In this document: piece after piece, positions 21,428 to 30,553 of the stretch
Layout of the letters: each line of letters opens with the position of its first letter
How positions within the stretch are numbered: position 1 is the stretch's first letter
Source of the DNA: an uncultured Desulfospira sp.
Lineage (GTDB): Bacteria > Desulfobacterota > Desulfobacteria > Desulfobacterales > Desulfobacteraceae
Direction: 5' to 3'
NCBI GenBank assembly: GCA_963663165.1
Contig: OY760175.1
Location: 3,456,001 to 3,520,000 of the forward strand
DNA length: 64,000 bases
Position numbers and translations under genes: made by a program
Notes under the pieces: model-generated
The model's input: the letters and a program-made list of their open reading frames with translations, nothing else
Told to the model about the DNA's origin: nothing
Databases searched by the model: none

Positions 21428-22793
21428 TGAACAATACCTCCACGGCACTTTTCAGAAAGCTGATGCTTTCGATGCCCATGCCCTTGATTTTAGACAGCTG
21501 TTTCATGGAGGCGGTGGGCACCAGGCAGGTGGTAAACCCCATCTTGGCCGCTTCCTTGATTCTGGCCTGGGCGTGGCTGACCGCCCGGATTTCCCCGGTC
21601 AGCCCGATTTCCCCGATTAAGGTGGTTTCCTTGGCCACGGGCCTGTCCAGAAAACTTGAGGCCAGGGCCGCCGCAATGGCAAGGTCTGCCGAAGGCTCCA
21701 GTATCCGGACCCCGCCGGTGACGTTCATAAAAACATCCAGGCCGGACAGGTTCATGCCCAGCCGTTTTTCCATGACCGCCATTATCAACGAAACCCGGTT
21801 GGCATCCAGACCCAGGACGGTCCGTCTCGGGGTGCCCAGGCCGGAGCTGGACACCAGGCCCTGGATTTCCACCAGAATGGGCCGGGTCCCTTCCATGCAC
21901 GAAGTGACCACAGACCCCGGAGAAGCCGTGGACCGCTCAGACAAAAAAACCGCAGACGGATTAGGGACCTCCATGAGCCCCTGCTCTCTCATCTCAAAGA
22001 CCCCGATCTCGTTGGTGGAACCGAACCGGTTCTTCACAGCCCGCAAGATCCTGAAAATATGGCTTTTATCCCCTTCAAAGTAAAGGACCGTATCCACCAT
22101 ATGTTCCATGATCCTAGGCCCTGCAATGGCACCGCCCTTGGTGACATGGCCCACCAGAAAAATGGGAACCCCGGTGGATTTGGCAAGCCGCATGAACTGC
22201 ATGGCCGCTTCCCGGATCTGGGTGACACTGCCCGGGGTGGAGTTGATTTCCGGATGAAACACGGTCTGAATAGAGTCAATGACCACGGCATCATACCGCT
22301 CTTTTTCCACAAGGGCCAAGATGGTTTCCAGATCGGTTTCAGATACCACAAACAGGGTAGACGCCCCGGCACCCAGCCGTTTTCCCCGCATGGAAATCTG
22401 CCTTATAGACTCTTCTCCTGAAACGTAGAGGCATTTTTTCTGGGACTTACTCAACACCGAGACCACCTGAAGCATCAAGGTGGATTTTCCGATCCCGGGG
22501 TCCCCGCCAATGAGAACCAGGGAGCCGTCCACCAGGCCGCCGCCCAGGACCCGGTCAAATTCGGTAATCCCTGTTTTAAGGCGCTGGGATTCACTGGCAT
22601 CCACTGAAGTGATGGGAACCGGACTTGCTCCCAGCACCTTCTGGGGTTTGCCGGATCCAACGGTTTTTTCTTCCACCAGGGAATCCCAGGTCCCGCAATC
22701 CGGACACTGCCCCATCCACTTGGGATGCTGTGCCCCGCACTCCCGGCACCTGAATATGAGTTTACCTTTTTTTTTCAATCCCTTACAACCCAT
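21420..22793 (-). CDS. radA: DNA repair protein RadA
   Basis: CRECG..KWMGQCPDC zinc finger, GDPGIGKST, KNRFG. Confidence 0.97.
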   Translation of the reverse strand: MGCKGLKKKGKLIFRCRECGAQHPKWMGQCPDCGTWDSLVEEKTVGSGKPQKVLGASPVPITSVDASESQRLKTGITEFDRVLGGGLVDGSLVLIGGDPGIGKSTLMLQVVSVLSKSQKKCLYVSGEESIRQISMRGKRLGAGASTLFVVSETDLETILALVEKERYDAVVIDSIQTVFHPEINSTPGSVTQIREAAMQFMRLAKSTGVPIFLVGHVTKGGAIAGPRIMEHMVDTVLYFEGDKSHIFRILRAVKNRFGSTNEIGVFEMREQGLMEVPNPSAVFLSERSTASPGSVVTSCMEGTRPILVEIQGLVSSSGLGTPRRTVLGLDANRVSLIMAVMEKRLGMNLSGLDVFMNVTGGVRILEPSADLAIAAALASSFLDRPVAKETTLIGEIGLTGEIRAVSHAQARIKEAAKMGFTTCLVPTASMKQLSKIKGMGIESISFLKSAVEVLFNG

Positions 22794-22993
22794 TATGTCT
22801 TTTTAAAAAACAAAGAACTATACCACTTTATGCCTGCCGGTTCAAGATAGGGTTTGATGGAAAGGATGGAGACCGGAATCTGTAATTCCGGGTTTATTTT
22901 TTAAATGCGATTGTCTTGCTGCCCTCTTGTTTCTTAGATTTTGACAGGCTACAATGCGGCCCGGACCACACTTATTAAGAAAGGCAAAAAAAA

Positions 22994-23215
22994 ATGGCCA
23001 AAACCATTCAGGTTGTTCTGACACAGGAACCCACAGAGCTGTGCAAAATTCTTAAATTTGAAAACCTGGTCATGAGCGGGGGTGAGGCCAAGCAGTTTAT
23101 TGCCCAGGGGCTTGTCCAGGTCAATAATGAAGTTGAAACCCGGAAGCGAAGAAAAATCTATTCAGGGGATACCATTGAATTTAACGGGATCCTCCTGGAA
23201 ATGACAACTGATTAA
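22994..23215 (+). CDS. S4-like RNA-binding protein (YbcJ/YaaA)
   Basis: LCKILK..SGGEAK..VQVNNEVETRKRRKI. Confidence 0.9.
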   Translation: MAKTIQVVLTQEPTELCKILKFENLVMSGGEAKQFIAQGLVQVNNEVETRKRRKIYSGDTIEFNGILLEMTTD

Positions 23216-23223
23216 ACCCGTTA

Positions 23224-23835
23224 ATGTGCCATGGTATCCAGATGAATGACTGCGTGGATTTTGATAAAATAGTTGAATATGCCTTAGGATTGGGGGTAAG
23301 CGACGTCAAGCTGATCTCCCCGGACCTTGTTCCCATTAACCAGAAGTTTGCCGATTTCTGCCAGGAGCCGGGATGCCCGTGTTTTGGCTTGTCAATGAGC
23401 TGCCCGCCCCATGTGGCGGGGCCTGACTGGTTCCGTGAAAAGATAAAGGAGTATGGACGAATTCTGGTTTTCAAGTATGATGTACCGTCTTCGTCCCTGC
23501 TGGGCAATGAGCGGATCGGCCTGATGGGGCTCACCCATGAAACCGCCGCAGCCATTGAACTGTTTGCCCAAAAAAATGGCTGTGAAAATGCCATTGGCTA
23601 TGCCGGCGGGGGGTGCAAGGAAATTTTTTGCAGTGACCATGCCAACTGCCGGGTCCTCCATGAAAAGGGGGAATGCCGCAATCCTGAAAAGGCCCGGCAG
23701 TCCATGTCAGGCATGGGGGTAAATTTTTTGAAGCTGACCAAATCTGTTGGATGGGAGATGAAAATTATTACCCGGCATACCGATACCAAGGCGGTGCCCA
23801 TGGGGATGGTCGCCGGAATGGTCCTGCTCAAATAG
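23224..23835 (+). CDS. DUF2284-like Cys-rich metal-binding protein
   Basis: CxxxxCxxFGxxxSCPP, GGCKEIFC, and CRNPEKARQSMSGMGVN motifs. Confidence 0.8.
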   Translation: MCHGIQMNDCVDFDKIVEYALGLGVSDVKLISPDLVPINQKFADFCQEPGCPCFGLSMSCPPHVAGPDWFREKIKEYGRILVFKYDVPSSSLLGNERIGLMGLTHETAAAIELFAQKNGCENAIGYAGGGCKEIFCSDHANCRVLHEKGECRNPEKARQSMSGMGVNFLKLTKSVGWEMKIITRHTDTKAVPMGMVAGMVLLK

Positions 23836-23882
23836 TGTTTGTCCGGCCCGTTAAAAAGATCTGATCCAAAAAAGGAGAAAAA

Positions 23883-25001
23883 ATGAACCAAAATACCGCA
23901 GCAGTTCATGAAGGAACCTTAAAAGAGCCCAAAACCGGCGGTGTCAATACGCCCATTTATACGTCGTCGGCCTACGAATATATGGGCAGGGAAGAGAGCC
24001 TGTATCCCCGGTATTTTAATCTTCCCAATCAAAGGGCTGTGGAAGAAAAAATTGCCGCCCTGGAACATGGGGAAATGGGGCTGGTATTCTCGTCAGGCAT
24101 GGGGGCCATGTCCTGCGCCATCCTGGCCCATGCCGGGGCCGGGGATCATGTGGTCATGCTGGATGCCCTGTACGGGGGAACCCATCATTTTGCCACGGAG
24201 TGGTTTGATCATTTTGGCATCGGATGCACCTTTACAAAAACAAGTGCCCAGGATGTGATCGCCGGGGCGACGCCGGCCACAACGGTGATGGTGATTGAAT
24301 CTCCGACAAACCCGCTTCTGGCCGTGACAGACATTCAAAAAATTGCCGAATTTGCCCGGGCAAAAAACATTACCACCATATTTGACAACACCTTTGCCAC
24401 GCCGGTGAATCAGACCCCCCTGGACCTGGGCATTGACATTGTGGTCCACTCCGGCACCAAATACCTGGGCGGCCATTCGGACATGTGCTGTGGTGCTGCG
24501 GCAGGGTCCTTTAAAAAAATGGAAAAGGTGTTAAACCTGGCAAGGGTTCTGGGTCCGAGCCTGGACCCAAGGCTTTGTTATCTTCTGGAAAGAAGCATGA
24601 AGACCCTGGTGGTGAGGGTAAGGGCCCAGACCGACAATGCCCTGGCCCTGGCCCGCTTTCTGTCCGGCCATCCCGGCGTGGCCCGGGTGAACTATCCGGG
24701 GCTTGAAACAGACCCGGGGTATGACATCGCCTGCCGGCAAATGAATGGTTTCGGGGCCATGCTCTCCTTTGAACTCAAGGACAGGAATCCGGAAAAATTT
24801 CTTTCGGCCTTAACCATCATTACCCCAGCGGTCAGCCTGGGCGGGGTTGAAACCACTATCTGTGCCCCCTGTGTGACCTCCCATGTCAAAATGACAAAAG
24901 AGGAACGCCAACGGGTGGGGGTGACCGATGATCTGCTCAGGCTTTCCGCAGGGATTGAGGATATAGCCGATTTAACGGCGGATATCAGCCAGGCCCTTTG
25001 A
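23883..25001 (+). CDS. PLP-dependent transsulfuration enzyme (cystathionine gamma-lyase/synthase family)
   Basis: FSSGM, ESPTNP, DNTFATP, HSGTKYLGGHSD, SLGGVE, LRLSAGIE. Confidence 0.93.
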   Translation: MNQNTAAVHEGTLKEPKTGGVNTPIYTSSAYEYMGREESLYPRYFNLPNQRAVEEKIAALEHGEMGLVFSSGMGAMSCAILAHAGAGDHVVMLDALYGGTHHFATEWFDHFGIGCTFTKTSAQDVIAGATPATTVMVIESPTNPLLAVTDIQKIAEFARAKNITTIFDNTFATPVNQTPLDLGIDIVVHSGTKYLGGHSDMCCGAAAGSFKKMEKVLNLARVLGPSLDPRLCYLLERSMKTLVVRVRAQTDNALALARFLSGHPGVARVNYPGLETDPGYDIACRQMNGFGAMLSFELKDRNPEKFLSALTIITPAVSLGGVETTICAPCVTSHVKMTKEERQRVGVTDDLLRLSAGIEDIADLTADISQAL

Positions 25002-25070
25002 TATATCCTGATGTGATCCTTGCCTGTGCAGGCGCCGGAATAACGCACCGCACCGGGGCAGCCGGCAATC

Positions 25071-25637
25071 TTACCGGACCAGATTCCGGGCAAATTCAAC
25101 GGCCTGGTCTTTTACGGTGGGGCCCATATTTTCCGGGGTTGTGCAGCCGCCCACAAAAAGTTCTCCGGCATGGACGGACAAGTGGTATTTCTGCATCCGG
25201 CCAAAGGCGGTAAGAGCCTCCTGGGCGTTGTTGTCTTTAGGGCCGGCCCCGGTTATCAGAATGGCCTGGCGCTGACCCTTCACAAGGCTTGCGTGGTTCG
25301 GGGTGTTGGCGTCGGTGTACAGGCTGAATGTCCGGTCGATAACCGCCTTTAGCTGGGCATTCACCCCCCAGAAGTACAATGGGGAAGAAAACACCACGGC
25401 CTGGGACCGAATCATTTTTTCCAGAATGTCAGGGACGTCGTCTTTCTGGACACAGCCCACGGCATCAGGGTTCTGCTTGCACTTACCGCATCCCATGCAT
25501 CCTTTAAGATTTTTTGAATGAAGATAAACGATTTCAACCTCATGCCCCAGTGAAGTCAACTCCTGTTCAACCCATGCCAGTACCTTGGCTGTATTTCCTT
25601 TTTTCCGGGCCCCTCCCTGGAGCAGCAGCGCTTTCAT
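25071..25637 (-). CDS. Flavodoxin-like iron-sulfur flavoprotein / NAD(P)H-dependent FMN reductase
   Basis: GGARKKGNT, CMGCGKC..C, SPLYFW..LKAVIDR. Confidence 0.88.
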   Translation of the reverse strand: MKALLLQGGARKKGNTAKVLAWVEQELTSLGHEVEIVYLHSKNLKGCMGCGKCKQNPDAVGCVQKDDVPDILEKMIRSQAVVFSSPLYFWGVNAQLKAVIDRTFSLYTDANTPNHASLVKGQRQAILITGAGPKDNNAQEALTAFGRMQKYHLSVHAGELFVGGCTTPENMGPTVKDQAVEFARNLVR

Positions 25638-25700
25638 TCTTTTCTCCTTTTTTTTAAGTCACTTTATTTTGCATCCCCCAATTTATACCAGACCTTCCGG

Positions 25701-26885
25701 TTAAAAAAGGGTTCCCTGTTCAAATTTATTCCCGGGTTTGTCCTTTGATTTATTTTTGGATTTTCCTTTTCCGTCAGCTTTGACCATGGGGGGAGAGGGG
25801 TCCTGGCTAAGGCCGGCCGGGTCCCGGATAAAATCTTTTTGAGGTGCCGGGTCATACTCAAGTTTAAACGAACCGTCACTTAGTGGCTGAATTGAAACCG
25901 GGGAATTGATTAACAGCTTTTTTTCCTGGGAAGTCATGACCGCAAAGCCATAAGGCTTGTTGATATGCTTGAGAGGGCCTTTTTCTTCCCTGCGCCGGTC
26001 AACAAAGGCCAGATGATTTTCCAGACGGGTTGAGATAACCTCCCCAGCCAGGGAAATGATCCCTTCAGCGGTTTTCCGGACGGCCGGATCAAGGCTTTTA
26101 TCCCGCTCAAACCCCAGGCTGTTCCGCCCGGCGGCCATGGCGGCGGCCATGGTGGTGCCGGTTCCCAGAAACGGGTCCAGAACCAGATCGTTTTTCACCG
26201 AATACATGTTGATCAGGCGGTAGGCCAGTTCAAAGGGAAAGGCCCCGCTTCTTTTCCGGTCTGCCTTATCTTTAAGCTTTTGCACCGTTCCCTTAAGGTC
26301 AAACCAGACATCGGAAAACCAGTTGTTCCGCTCTTCCCAGAACAGGGCGCTCTCATGGCGCAAGAGCTTGTCTTCCTCTGTTCTGAACAATCGCTTGCCG
26401 CCCTTTCTTAAAATCAGAATATACTCATGTTCCAGGGTCACATAGGCCCCGGCCGGCAGCATGCCCGACCCCATGAATTTATTGGGGGCATTGGTCTGTT
26501 TTCGCCAGATAATACAGGGCAGCGGGGTAAACCCCAGGTTAAGGGCAAAAGACAGAATCCGGGCATGGTTGGGGTAAAGGCAGAAATGCTCCCTGATGGT
26601 CCGGGTGGCATCCCCGATATTGATACAGGCAAACCCGCCGGGTTTTAACACCCTGAAACACTCCTCCCAGACCCGGTCCAGAATCTCATGCATGGCTTCA
26701 AACACGGCCTGGCTATCTTTTTTTTTCGTCAACCGTTCAACCTTTGGCGACTGGTCTTTAAAAATCTCGTCCCACATCTCGATCATGGGATAGGGGGGTG
26801 AGGTAACCACCAGGTCCACGCTTTTGTCAGCGAGATCTTTCATGGCAGCGGCGGCAGAGAATATGGGGCTGTGAAGGGTCTGCAT
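25701..26885 (-). CDS. Site-specific DNA methyltransferase (amino-MTase, beta arrangement, probably m4C)
   Basis: Motif IV DLVVTSPPY precedes motif I VLDPFLGTGTT. Confidence 0.9.
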   Translation of the reverse strand: MQTLHSPIFSAAAAMKDLADKSVDLVVTSPPYPMIEMWDEIFKDQSPKVERLTKKKDSQAVFEAMHEILDRVWEECFRVLKPGGFACINIGDATRTIREHFCLYPNHARILSFALNLGFTPLPCIIWRKQTNAPNKFMGSGMLPAGAYVTLEHEYILILRKGGKRLFRTEEDKLLRHESALFWEERNNWFSDVWFDLKGTVQKLKDKADRKRSGAFPFELAYRLINMYSVKNDLVLDPFLGTGTTMAAAMAAGRNSLGFERDKSLDPAVRKTAEGIISLAGEVISTRLENHLAFVDRRREEKGPLKHINKPYGFAVMTSQEKKLLINSPVSIQPLSDGSFKLEYDPAPQKDFIRDPAGLSQDPSPPMVKADGKGKSKNKSKDKPGNKFEQGTLF

Positions 26886-26957
26886 AGGAAACTAAAAAAA
26901 AGCCGGGGCCAAAATGAAGGGGACCGGCAAGTTAAGGGTTCATTCAGGTTTAGGTCT

Positions 26958-26987
26958 AAACGGGCGGGGAAACTTCCCCGCCCGTTT
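26958..26987 (-). terminator. Terminator hairpin downstream of the PE-repeat gene
   Basis: aaacgggcggggaa-ac-ttccccgcccgttt. Confidence 0.7.
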
Positions 26988-27002
26988 TTATCTGAACACT
27001 AA

Positions 27003-27674
27003 TCAGGGAATGCAGATTTTGCAAGGCTTATACCCGGCATCTTCAGCTTCCTTGCGTGAATTAAATTCCATGGTGCATTTTTTGCTTTTGGCAAATTTAC
27101 AATCCGGCATATGAAAAACAAGAGAATCCGTGTTTCCGACCATCTTTTCACCTTCTGATTCACTGGCCTGGGGTTTGTGCTTGGGCTCAGGCTCGGGTTC
27201 AGGTTCAGGCTCAGGTTCAGGCTCGGGCTCGGGTTCGGGTTCAGGCTCGGGTTCGGGTTCGGGTTCAGGCTCGGGTTCGGGTTCGGGTTCGGGTTCAGGC
27301 TCGGGTTCAGGCTCGGGTTCGGGTTCAGGCTCGGGTTCAGGCTCGGGCTCGGGTTCGGGTTCGGGTTCAGGCTCGGGTTCAGGTTCAGGCTCGGGTTCGG
27401 GTTCGGGTTCAGGCTCGGGCTCGGGTTCAGGTTCAGGCTCAGGTTCGGGTTCAGGCTCGGGTTCGGGTTGCGGTTCAGGTTCAGGTTCGGGTTCGGGTCT
27501 GTTTTCTTTTTCTGTTTTCAGGGTTTCGTATCCCAGGTAGCAGGCCAGAGCGCCCCCCAGGATGAGCAGAATCGGAACGGTGCCTATAAGAACGCTGCCC
27601 AGTGACGGCAGAAAAATTGCCAAACAAGGTACCCCGATCACCAATGCCAATGCTCCGACGATAATTGTTTTCAT
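27003..27674 (-). CDS. Membrane-anchored protein with a long (Pro-Glu)n linker and a C-terminal Ada-type Zn-binding domain
   Basis: GGAGG Shine-Dalgarno before ATG at 27674; two TM segments; PE repeat; VFHMPDC...[13 protein letters not shown]. Confidence 0.85.
   Translation of the reverse strand: MKTIIVGALALVIGVPCLAIFLPSLGSVLIGTVPILLILGGALACYLGYETLKTEKENRPEPEPEPEPQPEPEPEPEPEPEPEPEPEPEPEPEPEPEPEPEPEPEPEPEPEPEPEPEPEPEPEPEPEPEPEPEPEPEPEPEPEPEPEPEPEPEPEPEPEPEPEPKHKPQASESEGEKMVGNTDSLVFHMPDCKFAKSKKCTMEFNSRKEAEDAGYKPCKICIP
27182..27498 (-). repeat. Hexanucleotide tandem repeat encoding (PE)n, about 52 units
   Basis: Mixed ttcggg/ttcagg/ctcggg/ctcagg units on the + strand. Confidence 0.95.
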
Positions 27675-28026
27675 GGTCCTCCACATTTATTTTAAGAACA
27701 TTTTTAAGAAATTCCCGAAAATACCGGGACTTAATCATATTATTCTTTGCTGCGGCCGGTCTCCGAAGCTGGTCCCGGGCCGATTGAGACTATTTCATAT
27801 GAAAGCCATCATGAATGAGCTTAAAAGACTTTCATTTTTCGTTGAGGACCGAATGCTTGACTGGATAGCCAAAAACGGTCCATGACCGTTAAAAAGTTAG
27901 AAAAGTCTGTTAACTTTCTTTTATGAAACTTAAAGGGATTTTGTCAAGGAAGCAAGCGGTCAGGGGCACTTTTCTTAAGTTTTTTCTCGACAACACCGGT
28001 TGCCATCTCCTGTCCGCGATGACTTT

Positions 28027-29892
28027 TTACTCTGTCGGGCGGGTGTTTCTTTCCCGGAAAACTTCAGCCGGCAAAGTTTTTTTGATTTTTCGCTTCAGGG
28101 CCAGCCGGTGAAAATAAGTCAACGGCGCCCTTGCTGCCCGCAAGCGCCCGGAGGCGGCCTTATCCGGGAAAAAGAGAAGGTCCAGGATATGAAAGGTGGG
28201 GGTGGCGCGGTTTAAAAACCCGGCGCAGCCGGCGCAATAGGTAACAATGGGCCTTTGCCTGGCCGCTTTTTTTCGTTTTTGGGTCCATTCTCTGGCAAGC
28301 GTAGGATCAATAAACCCCACAGACCCGCCCTCCCCGCAGCAAAGGGTTTTCTTTTTTTCATAGGCCATTTTCCCGGCAGACAGGCTCATTCCGGCCAAAA
28401 GGGACCGGACCGATTCCTGAACCAGGGCGTCATCCCGCATGGGGCAGGGATCATGAACCACCAATGGGTCTGCCAGGAATGTGTTCCCAAAAGGGCCGGT
28501 ATGGTTAGAAAACCGGCTGGGCAGTCCGGTACGGGATAGGACCTCGTAAACGGATTCCACTTTCATTTGTGCGGCATAGGTTAGAAAAATTTTATAGCAG
28601 TTGGGGCAGGCAAGCCAGACCCGTTTAATCTTCCGGGCCTGCAAAAACGCCAGCATTTCCCCGAACATGCTGTGAAAATAGCTTTCGCGCCCCAGATCAT
28701 GGCTGGGCTTGGTGCAGCAGTCCAGAACAATCCCCAGATCCGGATCCAGCGCCCTTAAGGTTTCAAACAGGGCCCATGTGGTTTCGGGCCGGGTCCCGGG
28801 AAGGGTGCAGCCAGGGAAGAAAATGGTATCACAGCCTTGAGGGAGGGCATAACATGAAAACAAAGCCGAGGTCCCTTTTTTTTCATATCCCATGATGGTG
28901 GAATACCGTGATAAATCCGCCTGATTTTTGGATACGGCATCCCGTCTTAAGGCCAGAAACGCTTCTCCCGGGTCCAGTTTTTCAGGGCAGACCGCCCGGC
29001 ACAGGCCGCAAAGGCTGCATTCAAAGGCAAGGGCGCGCTGTCTTGCAGGGTCCAACGTCAGAAAAATATCTTTGGGCGTGCCGTACCGGGTTAAAAAGGC
29101 ACACTGGACCTGACAGGCACCGCAGCCGGTACATTTTTCAAGGATATCGGTAAAAACAGGGGCCATCTGGTCCGGCCGGTTTGATGCCTCCCCTGACTGG
29201 GTTTCAGGATGGGTGGAAAAAGCTTTTTTCTTTCTTACAACGGAAACCAGGCGCTTGGCTGCAAGGGGAAGACTTCCCAAAAGGGCAAGGGAGATCATCA
29301 GTTTTCCTGAAAGGATACCGGAAAGGGTATTAATTTTCGAAATCTGGCTGCCGGCATTGACAATGACGGCCGTGGCCGGCAGCATGCCCAGCTGGGAAAC
29401 CCAGTAAAACGTGGTCAGCCGGATGGCGGTAACCCCCATGACCATATTTACGACAAAAAAAGGAATCAGCGGAATCAGGCGAAGGGCAAACAGATAAAAC
29501 GCCCCTTCCCGGGCAATGCCCTGATTGACCCGCTCAAGCTTGTCCTTAAATTTTTTCTTAACCCAGCCGGCCAGAAGGTAACGGGAAATCATGCAGGCCA
29601 GTAATGCCCCGATGGAACTTGCAAAAGAGACCACCACCGTACCGGTAAAGGTACCGAAAACGGCGCCGCCGGCAAGGCCAAGGACCAATGCCCAGGGCAG
29701 GTTAAGGGCCACGGAAGGAATATAAATGCCGACAAAGACAGCAATGGACAGGGCCGGGTTCTGAGCGTAAAACGCCTGAAGCCTGCCCTGGGACTGTTTG
29801 ATTTCTTCCAGACTAAGGTATTCGGTCAGCCCAAACCTGAAACAGGCCGCAACAAGGCCTGCCATCAGAATAATGAAAATCACCTTTTTCAA
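28027..29892 (-). CDS. DedA/TVP38 (VTT) membrane domain fused to 4Fe-4S dicluster and two CCG domains
   Basis: LRLIPLIPF (DedA); CTGCGACQVQC and CSLCGLCRAVCP; FFPGC..DCC..ACPNC; HDPC..CCGEGG..TYCAGC. Confidence 0.85.
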   Translation of the reverse strand: MKKVIFIILMAGLVAACFRFGLTEYLSLEEIKQSQGRLQAFYAQNPALSIAVFVGIYIPSVALNLPWALVLGLAGGAVFGTFTGTVVVSFASSIGALLACMISRYLLAGWVKKKFKDKLERVNQGIAREGAFYLFALRLIPLIPFFVVNMVMGVTAIRLTTFYWVSQLGMLPATAVIVNAGSQISKINTLSGILSGKLMISLALLGSLPLAAKRLVSVVRKKKAFSTHPETQSGEASNRPDQMAPVFTDILEKCTGCGACQVQCAFLTRYGTPKDIFLTLDPARQRALAFECSLCGLCRAVCPEKLDPGEAFLALRRDAVSKNQADLSRYSTIMGYEKKGTSALFSCYALPQGCDTIFFPGCTLPGTRPETTWALFETLRALDPDLGIVLDCCTKPSHDLGRESYFHSMFGEMLAFLQARKIKRVWLACPNCYKIFLTYAAQMKVESVYEVLSRTGLPSRFSNHTGPFGNTFLADPLVVHDPCPMRDDALVQESVRSLLAGMSLSAGKMAYEKKKTLCCGEGGSVGFIDPTLAREWTQKRKKAARQRPIVTYCAGCAGFLNRATPTFHILDLLFFPDKAASGRLRAARAPLTYFHRLALKRKIKKTLPAEVFRERNTRPTE

Positions 29893-29984
29893 ACGGGATC
29901 AATCCTGGAAAGGGGATTAGACTGAAGGGGGATAGGCTGAAGGATAAAAACCTTCAGCCTTCAGTCTATCTACCTTCAGCCTGT

Positions 29985-30398
29985 TTAGTCTGTTTTTACC
30001 ATCTCTTTGTGGGGCCACCCCAGTTGACCGTTTTCCAGAATCAGAAGGCGGTCTTCGGCAACGCCCTTTTCTTTGAGGTAATCATAGCACCGTGTGGCAC
30101 CGCCTTTTCCCCTGGGGCAGACAACAACCACCGGGGCCTGGTTCTTTTTGCATTCAGCAACGGCATTGTCAAGTTTGGCCTTGTCGCTGTCTGATTTTAC
30201 CGGATAGGAATAGGTGGCAATGGCTCCGGGCAGATGGTGAGCCTTGAATTCCTTGGGTTCCTGAATATCCACAATATTCACGGGAGACCCGGTTTCAATC
30301 CAGGATTTGACTTTGTCCGCAGACACATAATTGTATCCGTCTGCATAGACCGGCACAGCCAGCATTACCATTACCAGAATCAGAAACAATTTCTTCAT
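29985..30398 (-). CDS. Exported rhodanese-like protein
   Basis: Signal peptide, IVDIQ..HHLPGA, active loop VVCPRG, LENGQLGW. Confidence 0.85.
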   Translation of the reverse strand: MKKLFLILVMVMLAVPVYADGYNYVSADKVKSWIETGSPVNIVDIQEPKEFKAHHLPGAIATYSYPVKSDSDKAKLDNAVAECKKNQAPVVVVCPRGKGGATRCYDYLKEKGVAEDRLLILENGQLGWPHKEMVKTD

Positions 30399-30553
30399 TT
30401 GCTTTTCCTTTTGACATGTTAAAATGTTAAAGAACTAAATTAAATTACCTATCGAATCAGATATAGAAGAGCAAATTCATTATTCTGACACCAGCCGTAA
30501 TTATTATTGAAATTTCTGATACCCCCGCTCCTTCAACCAGATCGCCGAAAATA

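Noticed and set aside
23833..23841. TAGTGTTTG at the DUF2284 stop resembles the repeat-family end
   Set aside because: Only 9 nt match and no hairpin body follows.
27130..27605. (GS)n and FGFR-repeat ORFs; possible CRISPR array
   Set aside because: These are alternative frames of the PE repeat. The units are hexamers with no unique spacers.
27799..27885. 28 aa small ORF MKAIMNELKRLSFFVEDRMLDWIAKNGP
   Set aside because: No clear Shine-Dalgarno or motif; it cannot be supported from sequence alone.
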